Below, piece after piece: positions 1 through 10,811 of a stretch of DNA of 64,000 bases (position 1 is the stretch's first letter; each line of letters begins with the position of its first letter). Made by a program: the position numbers and the translations under genes. The stretch comes from a virus (Duplodnaviria > Caudoviricetes), in IMG/VR virus record IMGVR_UViG_3300035208_002851, positions 36,979-100,978 of that record. One strand, written 5' to 3'. The notes below the pieces were generated by a model. It searched no databases, was not told where the DNA came from, and saw only the letters and a list, made by a program, of their open reading frames with translations.

Positions 1-216
1 ATGATTTTTATAGATTCTGCTCATGAATACCAGAAAACTTTAGATGAAATTATTGCAGCTAATAATATTTTATCCTCAAAAGGATTTATATTTATTCATG
101 ACACCACAAATGGGTTTGTGTTAGCGGCAATTAAAAAATTCCTTGAAAATAATAATTTGTATATATATTCCAATTTTCCAACGCAGTGCGGTTTGGGAGT
201 TTTAAAAAGAAAATGA
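1..216 (+). CDS. Class I SAM methyltransferase (Methyltransf_24-like), 5'-truncated
   Basis: IFIDSAHEY...GFIFIHD motif; ORF runs off the window start. Confidence 0.75.
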   Translation: MIFIDSAHEYQKTLDEIIAANNILSSKGFIFIHDTTNGFVLAAIKKFLENNNLYIYSNFPTQCGLGVLKRK

Positions 217-776
217 TAACTAAATTAGAATCCTTAATAAAAGAATATAACGAATCCTACGAATCCAGAGGTATGACTTTAGATGCTCATACCATGTATA
301 ATTTTATAATTGATAGAAATCTGAAGAAAATCTTAGAAATTGGTGTCCTCCACGGTTCCACCACGAGATTTCTCGCTTTAGCAGTTTCACAACTTAAAGA
401 CGCCAGCTTAACAAGCGTTGACATCGAAAATCAATGTCTAGAAGAAGCAAAGCAGAAGCTTGAAAGTGACGGAACCTTAGCAGGCGTAAACTTTGTTTGT
501 TCCGACTCAGTAAAGTTTCTTAGCGACCAACTCTTAGATTCATGGGATCTAATTTTTATAGATACAGATCACACCTTAAAGCAAACTATAGCTGAAGTTT
601 TCTTGGCAGGACTGGTTGTAAAACAAAATGGTGGTCACATCTTTTTACATGATGCACACATGCCAGATGTTATGACAGCCATTAGAGTTTTCTCAGAATA
701 TAATAAAGGTCAATGTAGTATGACAGTTTTCAAAACCGAATCTGGTTTAGTTTTAATTCAAATGGAGAAAAAATAA
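213..776 (+). CDS. Class I SAM methyltransferase (Methyltransf_24-like)
   Basis: LEIGVLHGST, SVDI, DLIFIDTDH, IFLHD; ATG at 213 overlaps the upstream TGA. Confidence 0.8.
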   Translation: MITKLESLIKEYNESYESRGMTLDAHTMYNFIIDRNLKKILEIGVLHGSTTRFLALAVSQLKDASLTSVDIENQCLEEAKQKLESDGTLAGVNFVCSDSVKFLSDQLLDSWDLIFIDTDHTLKQTIAEVFLAGLVVKQNGGHIFLHDAHMPDVMTAIRVFSEYNKGQCSMTVFKTESGLVLIQMEKK

Positions 777-777
777 A

Positions 778-1902
778 ATGAGGATAGCATACGTAAGTAC
801 TTATAGATGTTCTTGTGGTGTAGGGATTTACCTAGAGGAATTGGCAAACTCAGAATCAAAACTTGCAGAAGTTAAAGTTTTTGCAGAAAAACTTATTCCT
901 CCTCAGGTAGAGAATCCTCCGTTAGACCCAACAATAAATGTAGACTATGAACGTTGCTGGTTACGAGGAGAAGGTTATACTACTTTACAAGAAAAAATAT
1001 TAGAATATAAACCAGATGTTTGCCACATACAATTTGTGGCTGGAATTTTTGGCAGCCTTGACTATGAATTAAATAGTCCTTTCCAAAAATTCTGTAAAGC
1101 TCTACGAGACGCAAATATACAAATCGTTATGACTCTACATGATATTCCACAACATATGCCACAACAAACCAACCTTGGTAAATGGTATAAAAACCTTAAT
1201 GCAAAATTCATCATTATGAATATAGAAATGTCCGCAGGACTGCGAGAATGGGAACCAAGTTTAGATATCAATTTGATTCCTTTGGGAACCCCGATGTTTA
1301 CTCCTATAGATAAACTGGAAGCGCGTAAAAAACTTGGGTTAAAAGAAGAAGATTTTATTATGACTCAAGTTGGTTTCTACGGAATAGACAAAGGAATGCT
1401 TGATATTGTCAAAGCTGTTCCAAATGTTAACATTCCCAACTTTAAGCTTGCTTTTGCTGGTGGTTTCCACCCATTAGCTTCACCTGTGCACAAACCCCAT
1501 GTCTTAGAATGTATGAAGTTTGCTATACAAAATAAAATCACAAACAAAGTAATCTTTGTAAATAAAATTCTACCAGAAGATGAAATCAATCTATGGGCTT
1601 CCGCCTCAGATTTCTTAATTCTTAATCAACAAATGGTATTTGGAAGTTCTACCTCAGCATCTGCTCATAGAATTCTCTGCGCGGGTAAGCCGGTTATTAT
1701 GAGTCAATCCCCAAAATTGTCAGAGTTTCTTAACGGTATACATTGCGTGAAAACTTCTACTGAACAAATCTCCGAAAATGTTAATAAGTTGTATTTGGAT
1801 AAAGTTCTACAAGAAAAGATTTCAAAAAATGCGTTAGAATATGGCAAGAAAACATCTTTCGATGTTATTGCTTTAAAGCATATGGAGGTTTACAAAAAAT
1901 GA
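778..1902 (+). CDS. Glycosyltransferase, GT4 family (GT-B)
   Basis: CGVGIY N-terminus, TLHD, GFYGIDKG, AGKPVI. Confidence 0.8.
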   Translation: MRIAYVSTYRCSCGVGIYLEELANSESKLAEVKVFAEKLIPPQVENPPLDPTINVDYERCWLRGEGYTTLQEKILEYKPDVCHIQFVAGIFGSLDYELNSPFQKFCKALRDANIQIVMTLHDIPQHMPQQTNLGKWYKNLNAKFIIMNIEMSAGLREWEPSLDINLIPLGTPMFTPIDKLEARKKLGLKEEDFIMTQVGFYGIDKGMLDIVKAVPNVNIPNFKLAFAGGFHPLASPVHKPHVLECMKFAIQNKITNKVIFVNKILPEDEINLWASASDFLILNQQMVFGSSTSASAHRILCAGKPVIMSQSPKLSEFLNGIHCVKTSTEQISENVNKLYLDKVLQEKISKNALEYGKKTSFDVIALKHMEVYKK

Positions 1903-2011
1903 AACTATATCAAACATTAAATATGTTCAACGAAGAAGGAGTTATCATCTCCGAAACCATTTCAGACGATACCGAATACCACTTCTTTATTAACGGTAAG
2001 GAAATAAATCT

Positions 2012-3061
2012 ATGATCCGATTTGGCAGTTTAGACTTTCACGATGAGGAGAAGCAAGCTATAGAAGACGTTATCTCTCAAAAAGAACCCCAATTAACAAT
2101 GGGTAAGAAAGTCTATGAGTTCGAGCAAAGTTTTGCTAAATGGCTCGGTGTAAAACATGCTGTAATGGTTAACAGCGGTACTTCAGCACTCATGGTAGCT
2201 TTACAAGCCGACAATGAAGTTGGTGGACATGATTTAATTACATCGGCCCTAACTTATCCAGCAGATTGGAATGCTCTACGAACCACAAGCACTCCCTTTA
2301 ATGTTCAAGATGTAGGAAATGATTTAGTAGTGCATGAAAATAAACATTCTGTAAAAGACCATCTTGCAGTACATTTACTGGGTAAACCTTGTAGAGTAAA
2401 CGCAATTATAGAAGACTGTGCAGAAGCCTTAGGTTCTTCTATTAATGGTAAAAAATTAGGTTCCTTCGGACTTTTAAGTGTCTTTTCATTATATGTTGCG
2501 CATGCTATTAATACTATTGAAGGTGGAATGGTAGCTACAAACAACGATAAATTGTACGATATTTGTAGAAGTCTGCGAGATAATGGTAGAATCTGCACCT
2601 GCCCAGTTTGTACCTTAAAATCTACTGGTGTTTGTACAAAACGTTATTCTTCAGAATCTATAGAACGAAGATGGGAAGTCGGAACAAGCGTTGGATACAA
2701 CTATAAACCTACAGAAATTCAAGGAGCACTAGGACTGGTAAAAATGAAGCACGTAGATGAAATTTGTAAAAGAAGAAATGAAATCTTCCTAAGATACAGT
2801 GATGCTTTCAAAAACTTTAAACAGGAGTCTGACGAATATATAGTCTCTATAGCCTACCCAGTAGAAGTAAAAGACCCACAGAAAACTATAGCTAAACTCG
2901 AAAAAGATGGTATCGAATGTCGCGGCATGTTCCCAGCTTATAGTTCTTTCCAGAAAAATGCTTATAGAATCAACCAAACCCACATTTTGCTACCCCTCCA
3001 GCAAGAAATGACAGATAAAGATGTCGATTACGTGATTGAGAGTGTGAAAAAATGTCAATAA
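2012..3061 (+). CDS. DegT/DnrJ/EryC1/StrS-family PLP-dependent nucleotide-sugar aminotransferase/dehydratase
   Basis: VNSGTSAL, IEDCAEALG, SLYVAHAINTIEGG (His at the usual Lys position, ColD/RfbH-like), GYNYK. Confidence 0.85.
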   Translation: MIRFGSLDFHDEEKQAIEDVISQKEPQLTMGKKVYEFEQSFAKWLGVKHAVMVNSGTSALMVALQADNEVGGHDLITSALTYPADWNALRTTSTPFNVQDVGNDLVVHENKHSVKDHLAVHLLGKPCRVNAIIEDCAEALGSSINGKKLGSFGLLSVFSLYVAHAINTIEGGMVATNNDKLYDICRSLRDNGRICTCPVCTLKSTGVCTKRYSSESIERRWEVGTSVGYNYKPTEIQGALGLVKMKHVDEICKRRNEIFLRYSDAFKNFKQESDEYIVSIAYPVEVKDPQKTIAKLEKDGIECRGMFPAYSSFQKNAYRINQTHILLPLQQEMTDKDVDYVIESVKKCQ

Positions 3062-3303
3062 CTGATGGAATTATTATATGCACATTTAAAGCATTTGAAC
3101 CTTTAGAGCCAGGAGATATGGTTAAATCTCATTATAAACAAGTAAAAAAAATAACAAAAAAAGATAAACTGAGTGAAATTATTGGTATCGTTGATTCATT
3201 CCTTAATATATTTCCTATAGAAAAAGGAAATGATGTTCATATACAAGTTTTTGGTCGCTGTAAAGTTAACAAAGATATGGAAGATATAATATTATGTCAT
3301 TAA
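3052..3303 (+). CDS. Small protein, possible DUF2190/capsid-cement-like fold
   Basis: A.E.L.PGDMV ... IIGIV ... I.KG..V.IQVFG pattern. Confidence 0.35.
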   Translation: MSITDGIIICTFKAFEPLEPGDMVKSHYKQVKKITKKDKLSEIIGIVDSFLNIFPIEKGNDVHIQVFGRCKVNKDMEDIILCH

Positions 3304-4067
3304 GTATTATAGTTCCCGCGTGGAATCATTGGCAAACAACAGCAAATTGCTTAGCCTCAATTTTTAAAAGTAAAATACTCATACCCTATAAAGTTATCGT
3401 AATCAATGACAATTCTACAGACTATACGGCAAAGCTTCTACAAACTATAGGTCAAGAAGGCTATCCAATAACTTTACTAACAAATGACGAAAATAAAGGT
3501 TATCTTGGTTCTACAAACATGGCTCTAAAAATTGTAAACTCTACCTATATTTTATTTTTGAATAACGATGTTATATTAGACAAAAATTGCATAAAAGAGC
3601 TTATAGAGGTCTATAGACAGCACCCAGATATCGGTATTCTTGGTGCCACCCAACTTGATGTTAACAGAAATGAATTGTATCCATTAAAGTTTTTCTTAAG
3701 AGGAGAAAAAGCAACCATTCGAGATCATATCATAGCAACCAATATTCCAGAAAATCTAAGAGAAGCGGATGTAGCTTATTGTGATGATGTACACTTCGCG
3801 TGTTCGTTAACAACTAAAGAAGTTATAGATAAGATAGGCGGTCAACTTGACCCAGATTTCGGACTTGGTAATTACGACCAGGAAAGTGCCTGTTGTGCTG
3901 TTAAAGAACAAGGCTACCAAATTGCAGTTGCTCCACGGGCAAAATTTGTTCATCTCTGTTCAGTCTCTGTTCGAGATAAAATCTCAGAATATTCCTTATT
4001 GCTTGATAAAAACCGTGAACTCTTCTTTAAAAAATGGGGTCAGAAACTTAAGGAGAATAAAATCTAA
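3294..4067 (+). CDS. Glycosyltransferase, GT2 family
   Basis: SIIVPAWN, INDNSTD, NKGY, FLNND. Confidence 0.85.
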   Translation: MSLSIIVPAWNHWQTTANCLASIFKSKILIPYKVIVINDNSTDYTAKLLQTIGQEGYPITLLTNDENKGYLGSTNMALKIVNSTYILFLNNDVILDKNCIKELIEVYRQHPDIGILGATQLDVNRNELYPLKFFLRGEKATIRDHIIATNIPENLREADVAYCDDVHFACSLTTKEVIDKIGGQLDPDFGLGNYDQESACCAVKEQGYQIAVAPRAKFVHLCSVSVRDKISEYSLLLDKNRELFFKKWGQKLKENKI

Positions 4068-4843
4068 TGAAGAAACTTAGTATAATTATCTGTGGTTGGA
4101 ACAACTGGAAGTACACAGCAAAATGTCTATCTCATATTTTCAAGTCTACATATAGTAAAGAAAACTATGATATTATCTTTATAGACAACGCTTCATCCGA
4201 CAAGACAGAAATTCTCCTTACTTATTTAGTCGAACAAGGAGAACCCATAGTCTACCTAAAACAAAAAGAAAACATGGGATTTGTTAAAGGTAATAACATA
4301 GGTTGGAAAGTTGCACAAACACCCTATGTGTTACTACTAAACAATGATGCCTTCGTACAAGAAAAATGCATAGAATCTATGATGGAAATTATAGAATCTG
4401 ACCAAAAAATTGGTGCTGTCGGAGCTATAGAATACACTTTAGATGGAATTCCTACTAAAGGAGATAAACCCTTCATCTTTTTTAAACCAAAAGTCTTATT
4501 AGACCCAGAACTTAAATCTTTAGAAGAACTTGGTTATAAAGATATGCCAAAATTTGTAGATGTAGACATCGTTGGTAGCGCCTGCTCAATAGTTCGTAAG
4601 GACGCCTTAAAAGGTAAAGATATTTTTGATGAAAGATATCATCCCGCACACTATGACCAAGAAGATGCTTGGATGCAAATAAAACATGTTAACGGATATA
4701 GAATTGTCATGCCAGTATATGGTGTAGTTTTCAAGCATAAAATCGCCGCAACTACAAGTCAGAACTTGAAACTCTATGAAGAAGTTTTAAAAGTAAATAA
4801 ACAAAAATTCTTAGATAAATGGTTAACTGAGGTTAAACAATGA
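4067..4843 (+). CDS. Glycosyltransferase, GT2 family
   Basis: SIIICGWN, IDNASSD, NMGF, LLNND; paralog of the upstream GT2. Confidence 0.85.
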   Translation: MKKLSIIICGWNNWKYTAKCLSHIFKSTYSKENYDIIFIDNASSDKTEILLTYLVEQGEPIVYLKQKENMGFVKGNNIGWKVAQTPYVLLLNNDAFVQEKCIESMMEIIESDQKIGAVGAIEYTLDGIPTKGDKPFIFFKPKVLLDPELKSLEELGYKDMPKFVDVDIVGSACSIVRKDALKGKDIFDERYHPAHYDQEDAWMQIKHVNGYRIVMPVYGVVFKHKIAATTSQNLKLYEEVLKVNKQKFLDKWLTEVKQ

Positions 4844-5229
4844 GTGGTAATAACGCAGAATGGATTAAACGCAGAAAAGAACTTTTAAGTAACATAAAGA
4901 AATTTAAGTCAGAAGGAGATAGATTAAGTAAAACTACCCAAATTAACTATATGCATAATGCTATGCATGAATCCGTAGTAGGTTTCTCTGGATGGTTAAA
5001 TGGTTGGATTTCTACAGAATTAACAAAGAAAATCAAGGTTGATGAACAATCAATTCCAATTTTGACAGATAAAGAATTAGATGATTTCTTCATGAGATAT
5101 CAAGACATCGCCACCAAATTCATAGAGTTAGACATTGAAATCACAGATAGTATCACTAAGAAAGCAAAAAAGAAAACCATCTTCAACAAATTCGAAATTA
5201 AAGATACTTCTTCACGGATGGTTGTTTAA
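4840..5229 (+). CDS. DUF2153-like archaeal protein
   Basis: W...DRL...M.ES..G...W...EL...FIELDI..T pattern recalled for DUF2153. Confidence 0.5.
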   Translation: MSGNNAEWIKRRKELLSNIKKFKSEGDRLSKTTQINYMHNAMHESVVGFSGWLNGWISTELTKKIKVDEQSIPILTDKELDDFFMRYQDIATKFIELDIEITDSITKKAKKKTIFNKFEIKDTSSRMVV

Positions 5230-6336
5230 TTGAAGGTTGCACTTGTAAGTACACTTGGAGTTAAATGTGGGATTTCAACCTATAGTACATACCTTGGAGA
5301 TGAACTTAATAAACTTACAAATGTTTTTGTAACTGGGTTAGCTGAATTTCCATTTCCAGATGATAGAGCTATAGATACTTTTAAACCCTCCTTTCCTTAT
5401 TATAATTGCTGGCAACGTTCAGAACCATATAAAAATTTAATAGAAGAATCTAAGAAGTTTGATTATGACATCTATCATATACAACATCAATTTGGATTGT
5501 TTTCAAATGAGCAAGATACAATAGAACTTTATGAAAAATGTAAGAAGCCTATTATCACAACTTTACATGATGTAGTACAACCAGATCCTAGAATGAGTAG
5601 ATATTTTTCCTCGATTATAGAAAACTCTTCTAAACTTATAGTTCATACAAAAACTTGCTATGATTTACTACAGCAATGGAATTGTCCAACTTCTAAAATA
5701 GAATTAATACCACATGGCACAAAACTTATAGATGTTCCAGACAAATTAGAAGCCCGAAGAGTTCTACAGATTCCAGAAAAAGCCAAAGTTATACTTTCGT
5801 GGGGATTTATTTGGGAATCCAAAGGTATCCTAGATTTAGTTAAAATTTTAACTGAAGTTAAAAAAGTATACCCAGAAACAATCTTAGTACACGCAGGTGG
5901 CGTTCACCCAATAATTCAAGGTTCATCATATCTACAAAATATCTTTAAAACAGCTCTTAAAGATGGGTTAACACCTAAAGATTTAATTGTTACAGGTTGG
6001 CTTGCCGAAGATAAAGTTCCTCTCTATTTCAGTGCTTCAGATTTAATAGTTTTAAACTATATGCGTGGTTCTGCAAGTGCAAGCGGTGCAGCCCACAGAG
6101 CAATGGCAGCTCATAGACCTTTGGTTGGAACTGATGATCCATGCCTAAATGGGGATATACCAAGATATATTGTTCCTCGTTTTGATATAAATGCCCTGAA
6201 AGATGGGATAGTCAAAGTTCTATCTGATGAAGTTCTACAGAAATCTTTAGTTGAGCAAGCTGATAAAGTTGCACAAGAAACCTCTTGGAGTAATACTGCT
6301 AAAAAACATTTAGCAGTTTACTCATCTAGTTATTAA
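5230..6336 (+). CDS. Glycosyltransferase, GT4 family
   Basis: CGISTY, HIQHQFG, TTLHD, IPHG, WGFIWESKG; TTG start. Confidence 0.85.
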   Translation: MKVALVSTLGVKCGISTYSTYLGDELNKLTNVFVTGLAEFPFPDDRAIDTFKPSFPYYNCWQRSEPYKNLIEESKKFDYDIYHIQHQFGLFSNEQDTIELYEKCKKPIITTLHDVVQPDPRMSRYFSSIIENSSKLIVHTKTCYDLLQQWNCPTSKIELIPHGTKLIDVPDKLEARRVLQIPEKAKVILSWGFIWESKGILDLVKILTEVKKVYPETILVHAGGVHPIIQGSSYLQNIFKTALKDGLTPKDLIVTGWLAEDKVPLYFSASDLIVLNYMRGSASASGAAHRAMAAHRPLVGTDDPCLNGDIPRYIVPRFDINALKDGIVKVLSDEVLQKSLVEQADKVAQETSWSNTAKKHLAVYSSSY

Positions 6337-8055
6337 TAATGGCAAACCACCAGATATAGCAGCCATTTTTTGTAAAATATTCCTCTTATCTTCAGCAGCT
6401 TGAACAGGATAATTCATTATAGGTACAGGAATTCTTTTTTGAGCTTGGTCTGTAAATAAACATTTACTTGTTAATGTATTACCAGACCAATTATGTTCTA
6501 AATCTATTAATTCAAAATTAGAATTGATATCCTCAGAATTTATAATTACTGGATATCTTGTTCCTATAACATAAGGTCTCGTAATTGCAGTTATATCTAT
6601 TTGAGTTGTAGGACTTTGATTTATACTTAATTTTGTATCTCCAGTATTTTTAGCATATAAAGAATTATTAATATTATCATCATTAATAATTTCAGTTCTT
6701 AAACCATAGGCATTTATAGAATTACTACCACTGGTATGATATTGAAATTTTGTTCCAAAATAAAGTCCATCAACATCAATTTCTTTAGTACTTGAACTAT
6801 TTGCATATGCAAAAGAAACGGATGTTATATTATACCAATCTGGATTACCTATTCTTTCCCATTTATAAGAACCAGTTGTCGTATTATAACTACCAGTTAT
6901 ACTTATTCCTTCATAAGCTGCACCCAAATTAATGGTATACTCATACCATGTTAATACACCACTATTATTTTGGGATTCTAAAACACATGCAAAATAATCA
7001 TTCCATCCATTTGTATGTAAATTTACAAATAACGGAGTACTCAATCCAGTGGTAGGCATACAAAGATAAAAATGCAATATATCTCCGCTGTTTAATGATA
7101 ACGTATTTGGAAGCGTTTTTATAAACCTTAATGCACTATATGTAACAGGAGCAGATCCTGTTTGAGTATAAATAAAGGAACTTCCAGTAGCACTACCTAT
7201 AGAATAAGAAACTACATGGACTGATTTATTTATACCAGAACCAGTTAATCTCCCTTCCCATCCAGTAAGGTTTGTCTCAGTCCAACTATCGTGACTCATT
7301 GGTATGTCTGAACCCGATATTGAAGATGAATCTCTAACACCAAAAACATAATAATCATTTTTTATATCGGCTAAATCTTTGACATATTTATAACTTAGTA
7401 TATCTACTCCTTCCTCAAATGTTGTAGTAGAATCCAAATAAGACTGCCTTGGAAACCAATGTAAATTACTTCCAGTATCAGTATAGTAATCTTTATTATC
7501 AAAATCTGAAATTTCTGTTAAACCATCAAAACACGATGTGTTATCTTGTACAAATTCATATATGTCGGATGAACCACTAATAAAAGTATTTGTAGATGCT
7601 AACCCAGCAGCATTTTTCAAGGAAACTGCACTTTCATACAAAGAACCTGTATACATTCTACGTTGTAATATTCTTTCTAAAGGCTCTCCCAAATCTCTAC
7701 CAGTAAAAGTTCTATAACAGCCAGATTCAGAATAAGAAACTTCTTTTGTATCAATTCTACCAGTAAACATTTCCGAGGTTTGTGGTGTTAATCCAGAACC
7801 AGTATATCCAAACCACATTTTAACAGTATCGAAAACTTCTATATCTTTAAAGGCATTGCCTGTAATAAATCCACTCGCATTGCTACCAGTATCAACAATT
7901 GTAATTTCAAAACTTCCCAGTGCCGTAGTTAATCCTGGTTTTACCCTAAAAGATATAAGTTCATTATTAATATAGCCATATCCAAATCCACGACGTTTGG
8001 TAGAACCACTCCAAAATTCGATTTTATAAACTGGAGTATACATCATTAAACTCAA
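6322..8055 (-). CDS. Baseplate hub / Tal-like tail protein
   Basis: Follows Dit and TMP; FTGRID...FTGRD hub pattern, YGLR near the C-terminus, inserted beta-rich domain. Confidence 0.6.
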   Translation of the reverse strand: MSLMMYTPVYKIEFWSGSTKRRGFGYGYINNELISFRVKPGLTTALGSFEITIVDTGSNASGFITGNAFKDIEVFDTVKMWFGYTGSGLTPQTSEMFTGRIDTKEVSYSESGCYRTFTGRDLGEPLERILQRRMYTGSLYESAVSLKNAAGLASTNTFISGSSDIYEFVQDNTSCFDGLTEISDFDNKDYYTDTGSNLHWFPRQSYLDSTTTFEEGVDILSYKYVKDLADIKNDYYVFGVRDSSSISGSDIPMSHDSWTETNLTGWEGRLTGSGINKSVHVVSYSIGSATGSSFIYTQTGSAPVTYSALRFIKTLPNTLSLNSGDILHFYLCMPTTGLSTPLFVNLHTNGWNDYFACVLESQNNSGVLTWYEYTINLGAAYEGISITGSYNTTTGSYKWERIGNPDWYNITSVSFAYANSSSTKEIDVDGLYFGTKFQYHTSGSNSINAYGLRTEIINDDNINNSLYAKNTGDTKLSINQSPTTQIDITAITRPYVIGTRYPVIINSEDINSNFELIDLEHNWSGNTLTSKCLFTDQAQKRIPVPIMNYPVQAAEDKRNILQKMAAISGGLPLLITR

Positions 8056-8411
8056 AGTATTTCCACAGCCTCTAAACTAAACTTTCTTTCCATTGGATTT
8101 GTACCGGAATCTTTAAAATTTATATTATAAAATAATATTGTAACTTTAGAAATTCCAGTCTCCAATGGATAAGTATATGTTAAAGAACCCGTAGTATTTT
8201 CTAATGCACTTATATAAGATGTTCCACCACCAACAGTAATTGTACCATCCAAAGTAAATTCTCTATTAGAAGTTCCAAACCTTTGAATAATATCCTTGTT
8301 AGCTCCAGGAAGTTTAATTATAGACATTTTTGTAGACTGTTTAACAGTTATAGTTTGAATACATCCATAAGAAAACTCTGTTCCTGAAGAATTTTTTATT
8401 ATTGTTACCAT
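8052..8411 (-). CDS. Distal tail (Dit)-like protein
   Basis: LPG...IIQ.FG...R.FTL.G pattern; lies between TMP and hub. Confidence 0.5.
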   Translation of the reverse strand: MVTIIKNSSGTEFSYGCIQTITVKQSTKMSIIKLPGANKDIIQRFGTSNREFTLDGTITVGGGTSYISALENTTGSLTYTYPLETGISKVTILFYNINFKDSGTNPMERKFSLEAVEIL

Positions 8412-8413
8412 TA

Positions 8414-9217
8414 TTATGAAACTCCTCTTCTTCTTTTTTCAACAAGCATTCTTTTAGCCATTGCATCTAACATGTTATCAACACCTATGTTTGATGATAT
8501 AGCACCTGTAGTCATATTAATGTTAACTACATTAAAATTTGATCCTCCGGCTGGAACAACAGTTTCATTTTTATGTAATAAATATGCACCAGTTGCTGGT
8601 ATTGTACCACCTTTTTGATATGAAGGTAAAGACATGTATGATGCCGAAACAGCAGATGCTCCTGCTGCACCCGCAGCTAATAATCCCATTGCTGCTGGGT
8701 TACCTGCAACTGTTTGTAAAGTAGCATATGCACCGGCTACCTTCATTGTTGATGCCGCTTCCGCCAAATTCACTGTAGTTTTCGCAGCAGAAACCATAGA
8801 AGATATTACAATAGCGGTTCTATACATATCCACGGCGGTTGTTGCAATTCTCATAGCTGCACTAATAGCATAAACATATCCTAAAAATTCTTTTACTTGT
8901 TGATTATTTCCCAAAAGATTCGTGTTTAAAATGGATATGCTTCTACCCATCAACATTAAATCCCAAGAAACACTGCGAATCGGGGAAATTTGGTTTCTTA
9001 GTTCATTAGAATACTCTTCAGCATCTTCTTTAGATTGCCCCCATACACTTTTGGTAGTTCTACCTAATGTTAAAGTTTCTTTTTTAGCTTCTTCGGTACC
9101 AGTATTATCAAAGGAGGAAGTAATATCAATATTTATAGTAAGACTTTCTCCTAATCCTCCAACACCACTGGTACCTTTACTTATTGATTGTCCTTCGGAT
9201 GACGTACCCATTGCCAT
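8414..9217 (-). CDS. Short tape measure protein
   Basis: Ala-rich helical body; C-terminal YQKGG.IP.TG..LLH.NE.VVP motif; downstream of tail chaperones. Confidence 0.65.
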   Translation of the reverse strand: MAMGTSSEGQSISKGTSGVGGLGESLTINIDITSSFDNTGTEEAKKETLTLGRTTKSVWGQSKEDAEEYSNELRNQISPIRSVSWDLMLMGRSISILNTNLLGNNQQVKEFLGYVYAISAAMRIATTAVDMYRTAIVISSMVSAAKTTVNLAEAASTMKVAGAYATLQTVAGNPAAMGLLAAGAAGASAVSASYMSLPSYQKGGTIPATGAYLLHKNETVVPAGGSNFNVVNINMTTGAISSNIGVDNMLDAMAKRMLVEKRRRGVS

Positions 9218-9224
9218 TTAATTT

Positions 9225-9769
9225 TTACCCCCGAAACTTTGATTCAGCAATTAATCTTCTATTTTCCTCATCTTGCTGCTGTTTTAATTCATTATCTATA
9301 ATAATGAATTTCTGGATCTTTTTAGATTCCTCTTTTTCAAGCTGGCTCGGCAAGCAATGGAAAGTTTTACAGAGCTGGTAAGAAATAACATCAAAATCTG
9401 CTGTTTCTCCACCGGCCAGCGAATTTATAAATTTTGTGTATCTACGTTTGAAACAAGATTAATATTCTGTGTAATCTGGAAGAGTCTTTCTCCAAGTTGA
9501 CCATCAATGCTGCGCACCTCTTCAATCTTGAAAGACGCGGCTGTTTCATTTTCATACTTGAAAACAGTCTTTAAAAAGAATTGCTCATTAAAATGGACAT
9601 TATTAAATGTTATAACGGAATTCATTGGGTTCACCACAGAACACTCACTTGTCAAAGTGTTCTTTTCACCCCAAGTCCACTTTCTAAAAGCAAATTTAGT
9701 TCCACTACCAGATGGAATTTCTGTAATATAATATTCTCCTTGTTTACTTAAATTGTATGTTTCTTTCAT
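9225..9769 (-). CDS. Tail assembly chaperone G (9425-9769) with -1 frameshift extension GT (to 9225)
   Basis: Slippery A AAT TTA (9434-9428) just before the stop; the -1 frame is open 67 codons and contains LCKTFHCLPSQL. Confidence 0.75.
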
Positions 9770-9839
9770 TTTTTATCCTCCACGGATTTATATTTTTATC
9801 TTTTCTCAAGATTTTTTAAAAAATTAAAAAAGATGGAAG

Positions 9840-10266
9840 TTAGTTTGTTCCTATTGTTAAACTGCCAGTTCCTGTGAAACTCCAAGATTCACTCATAAGG
9901 TTAGAACCTGGTCTGTGACTAACTGAATTTTTATCCAGTTTCACTCCACCTAATCGAATATAAGGTTGTCCACTTGCTGTACCATTTGGATTAATCTGTA
10001 TATCAATTATAGGCAAAGCCGCGTTTCCTCCTCCTGCTCCTTGGAATTCTGCCCAGACACCCGAACCTGTGTAGAATCTTTCAAGAGTACCCGTAGTACC
10101 ATAAATTCCTTCAACAAGGTATGTTGGATATCTAGAACCGCATTCTTCTTTTGCTTCAACATTATTTACGAAATCATATGATATTCTTTGTATACCATCT
10201 AATGTTTTGTAGGAACTTCCAGTTTTCCATTGAACAACCAACTGCCAGCCGGCGAAAGTCGTCATA
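9840..10266 (-). CDS. Major tail tube protein
   Basis: Size and position before the chaperone; EG...TGTLER, L.GVK pattern; likely start MTTFAGW at 10266. Confidence 0.65.
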
Positions 10267-10797
10267 CTAAGCACCTCCCTTTTCGTACTTTGTAACTAAA
10301 GTATCTCCATAAGCCATAAATAATGGCGGTCTTGTAGTTAAATCATCTGTTCTTCTCCATTGAATATTATACATAAATGTTGACTCTCCAGTCGTTGAAC
10401 TTGTATCAAAATCTGTAGAATTGAAATCTACAGGGTTAAAATTTTCTGTTGGAAAATTAATGTAACTTCCACTCCGAAGGATCCTCTCAACTTCTTTCCT
10501 CATTTTATATATTGCATTTTTTGCCCAACCTATACTTGAATTGGAATCTTGATTTGGTCTAACTATGATTTGTAGACCTAAAGTTTGTGTATCCTCATAA
10601 GTTGCTATACCAGCACCGAAGTCTATTGGAGGTGATGCATTTCCAGATTTAGGTATAACTATGATTTGCGGAAACGCAATACTTGAGTCATAAAATCTTG
10701 AACCCAATTTAACATTTCCATTATTTATAGATAAATCTCCTGTTAAATTCCAGTTATTTTTTATAAGTTGCATCACAGTTATAACTAAATCTACCAT
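10267..10797 (-). CDS. Tail terminator/completion protein (paralog 2)
   Basis: Directly upstream of the tail tube; clear paralog of 13448-13927. Confidence 0.5.
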   Translation of the reverse strand: MVDLVITVMQLIKNNWNLTGDLSINNGNVKLGSRFYDSSIAFPQIIVIPKSGNASPPIDFGAGIATYEDTQTLGLQIIVRPNQDSNSSIGWAKNAIYKMRKEVERILRSGSYINFPTENFNPVDFNSTDFDTSSTTGESTFMYNIQWRRTDDLTTRPPLFMAYGDTLVTKYEKGGA

Positions 10798-10811
10798 TAT
10801 TAAATTTCCCC

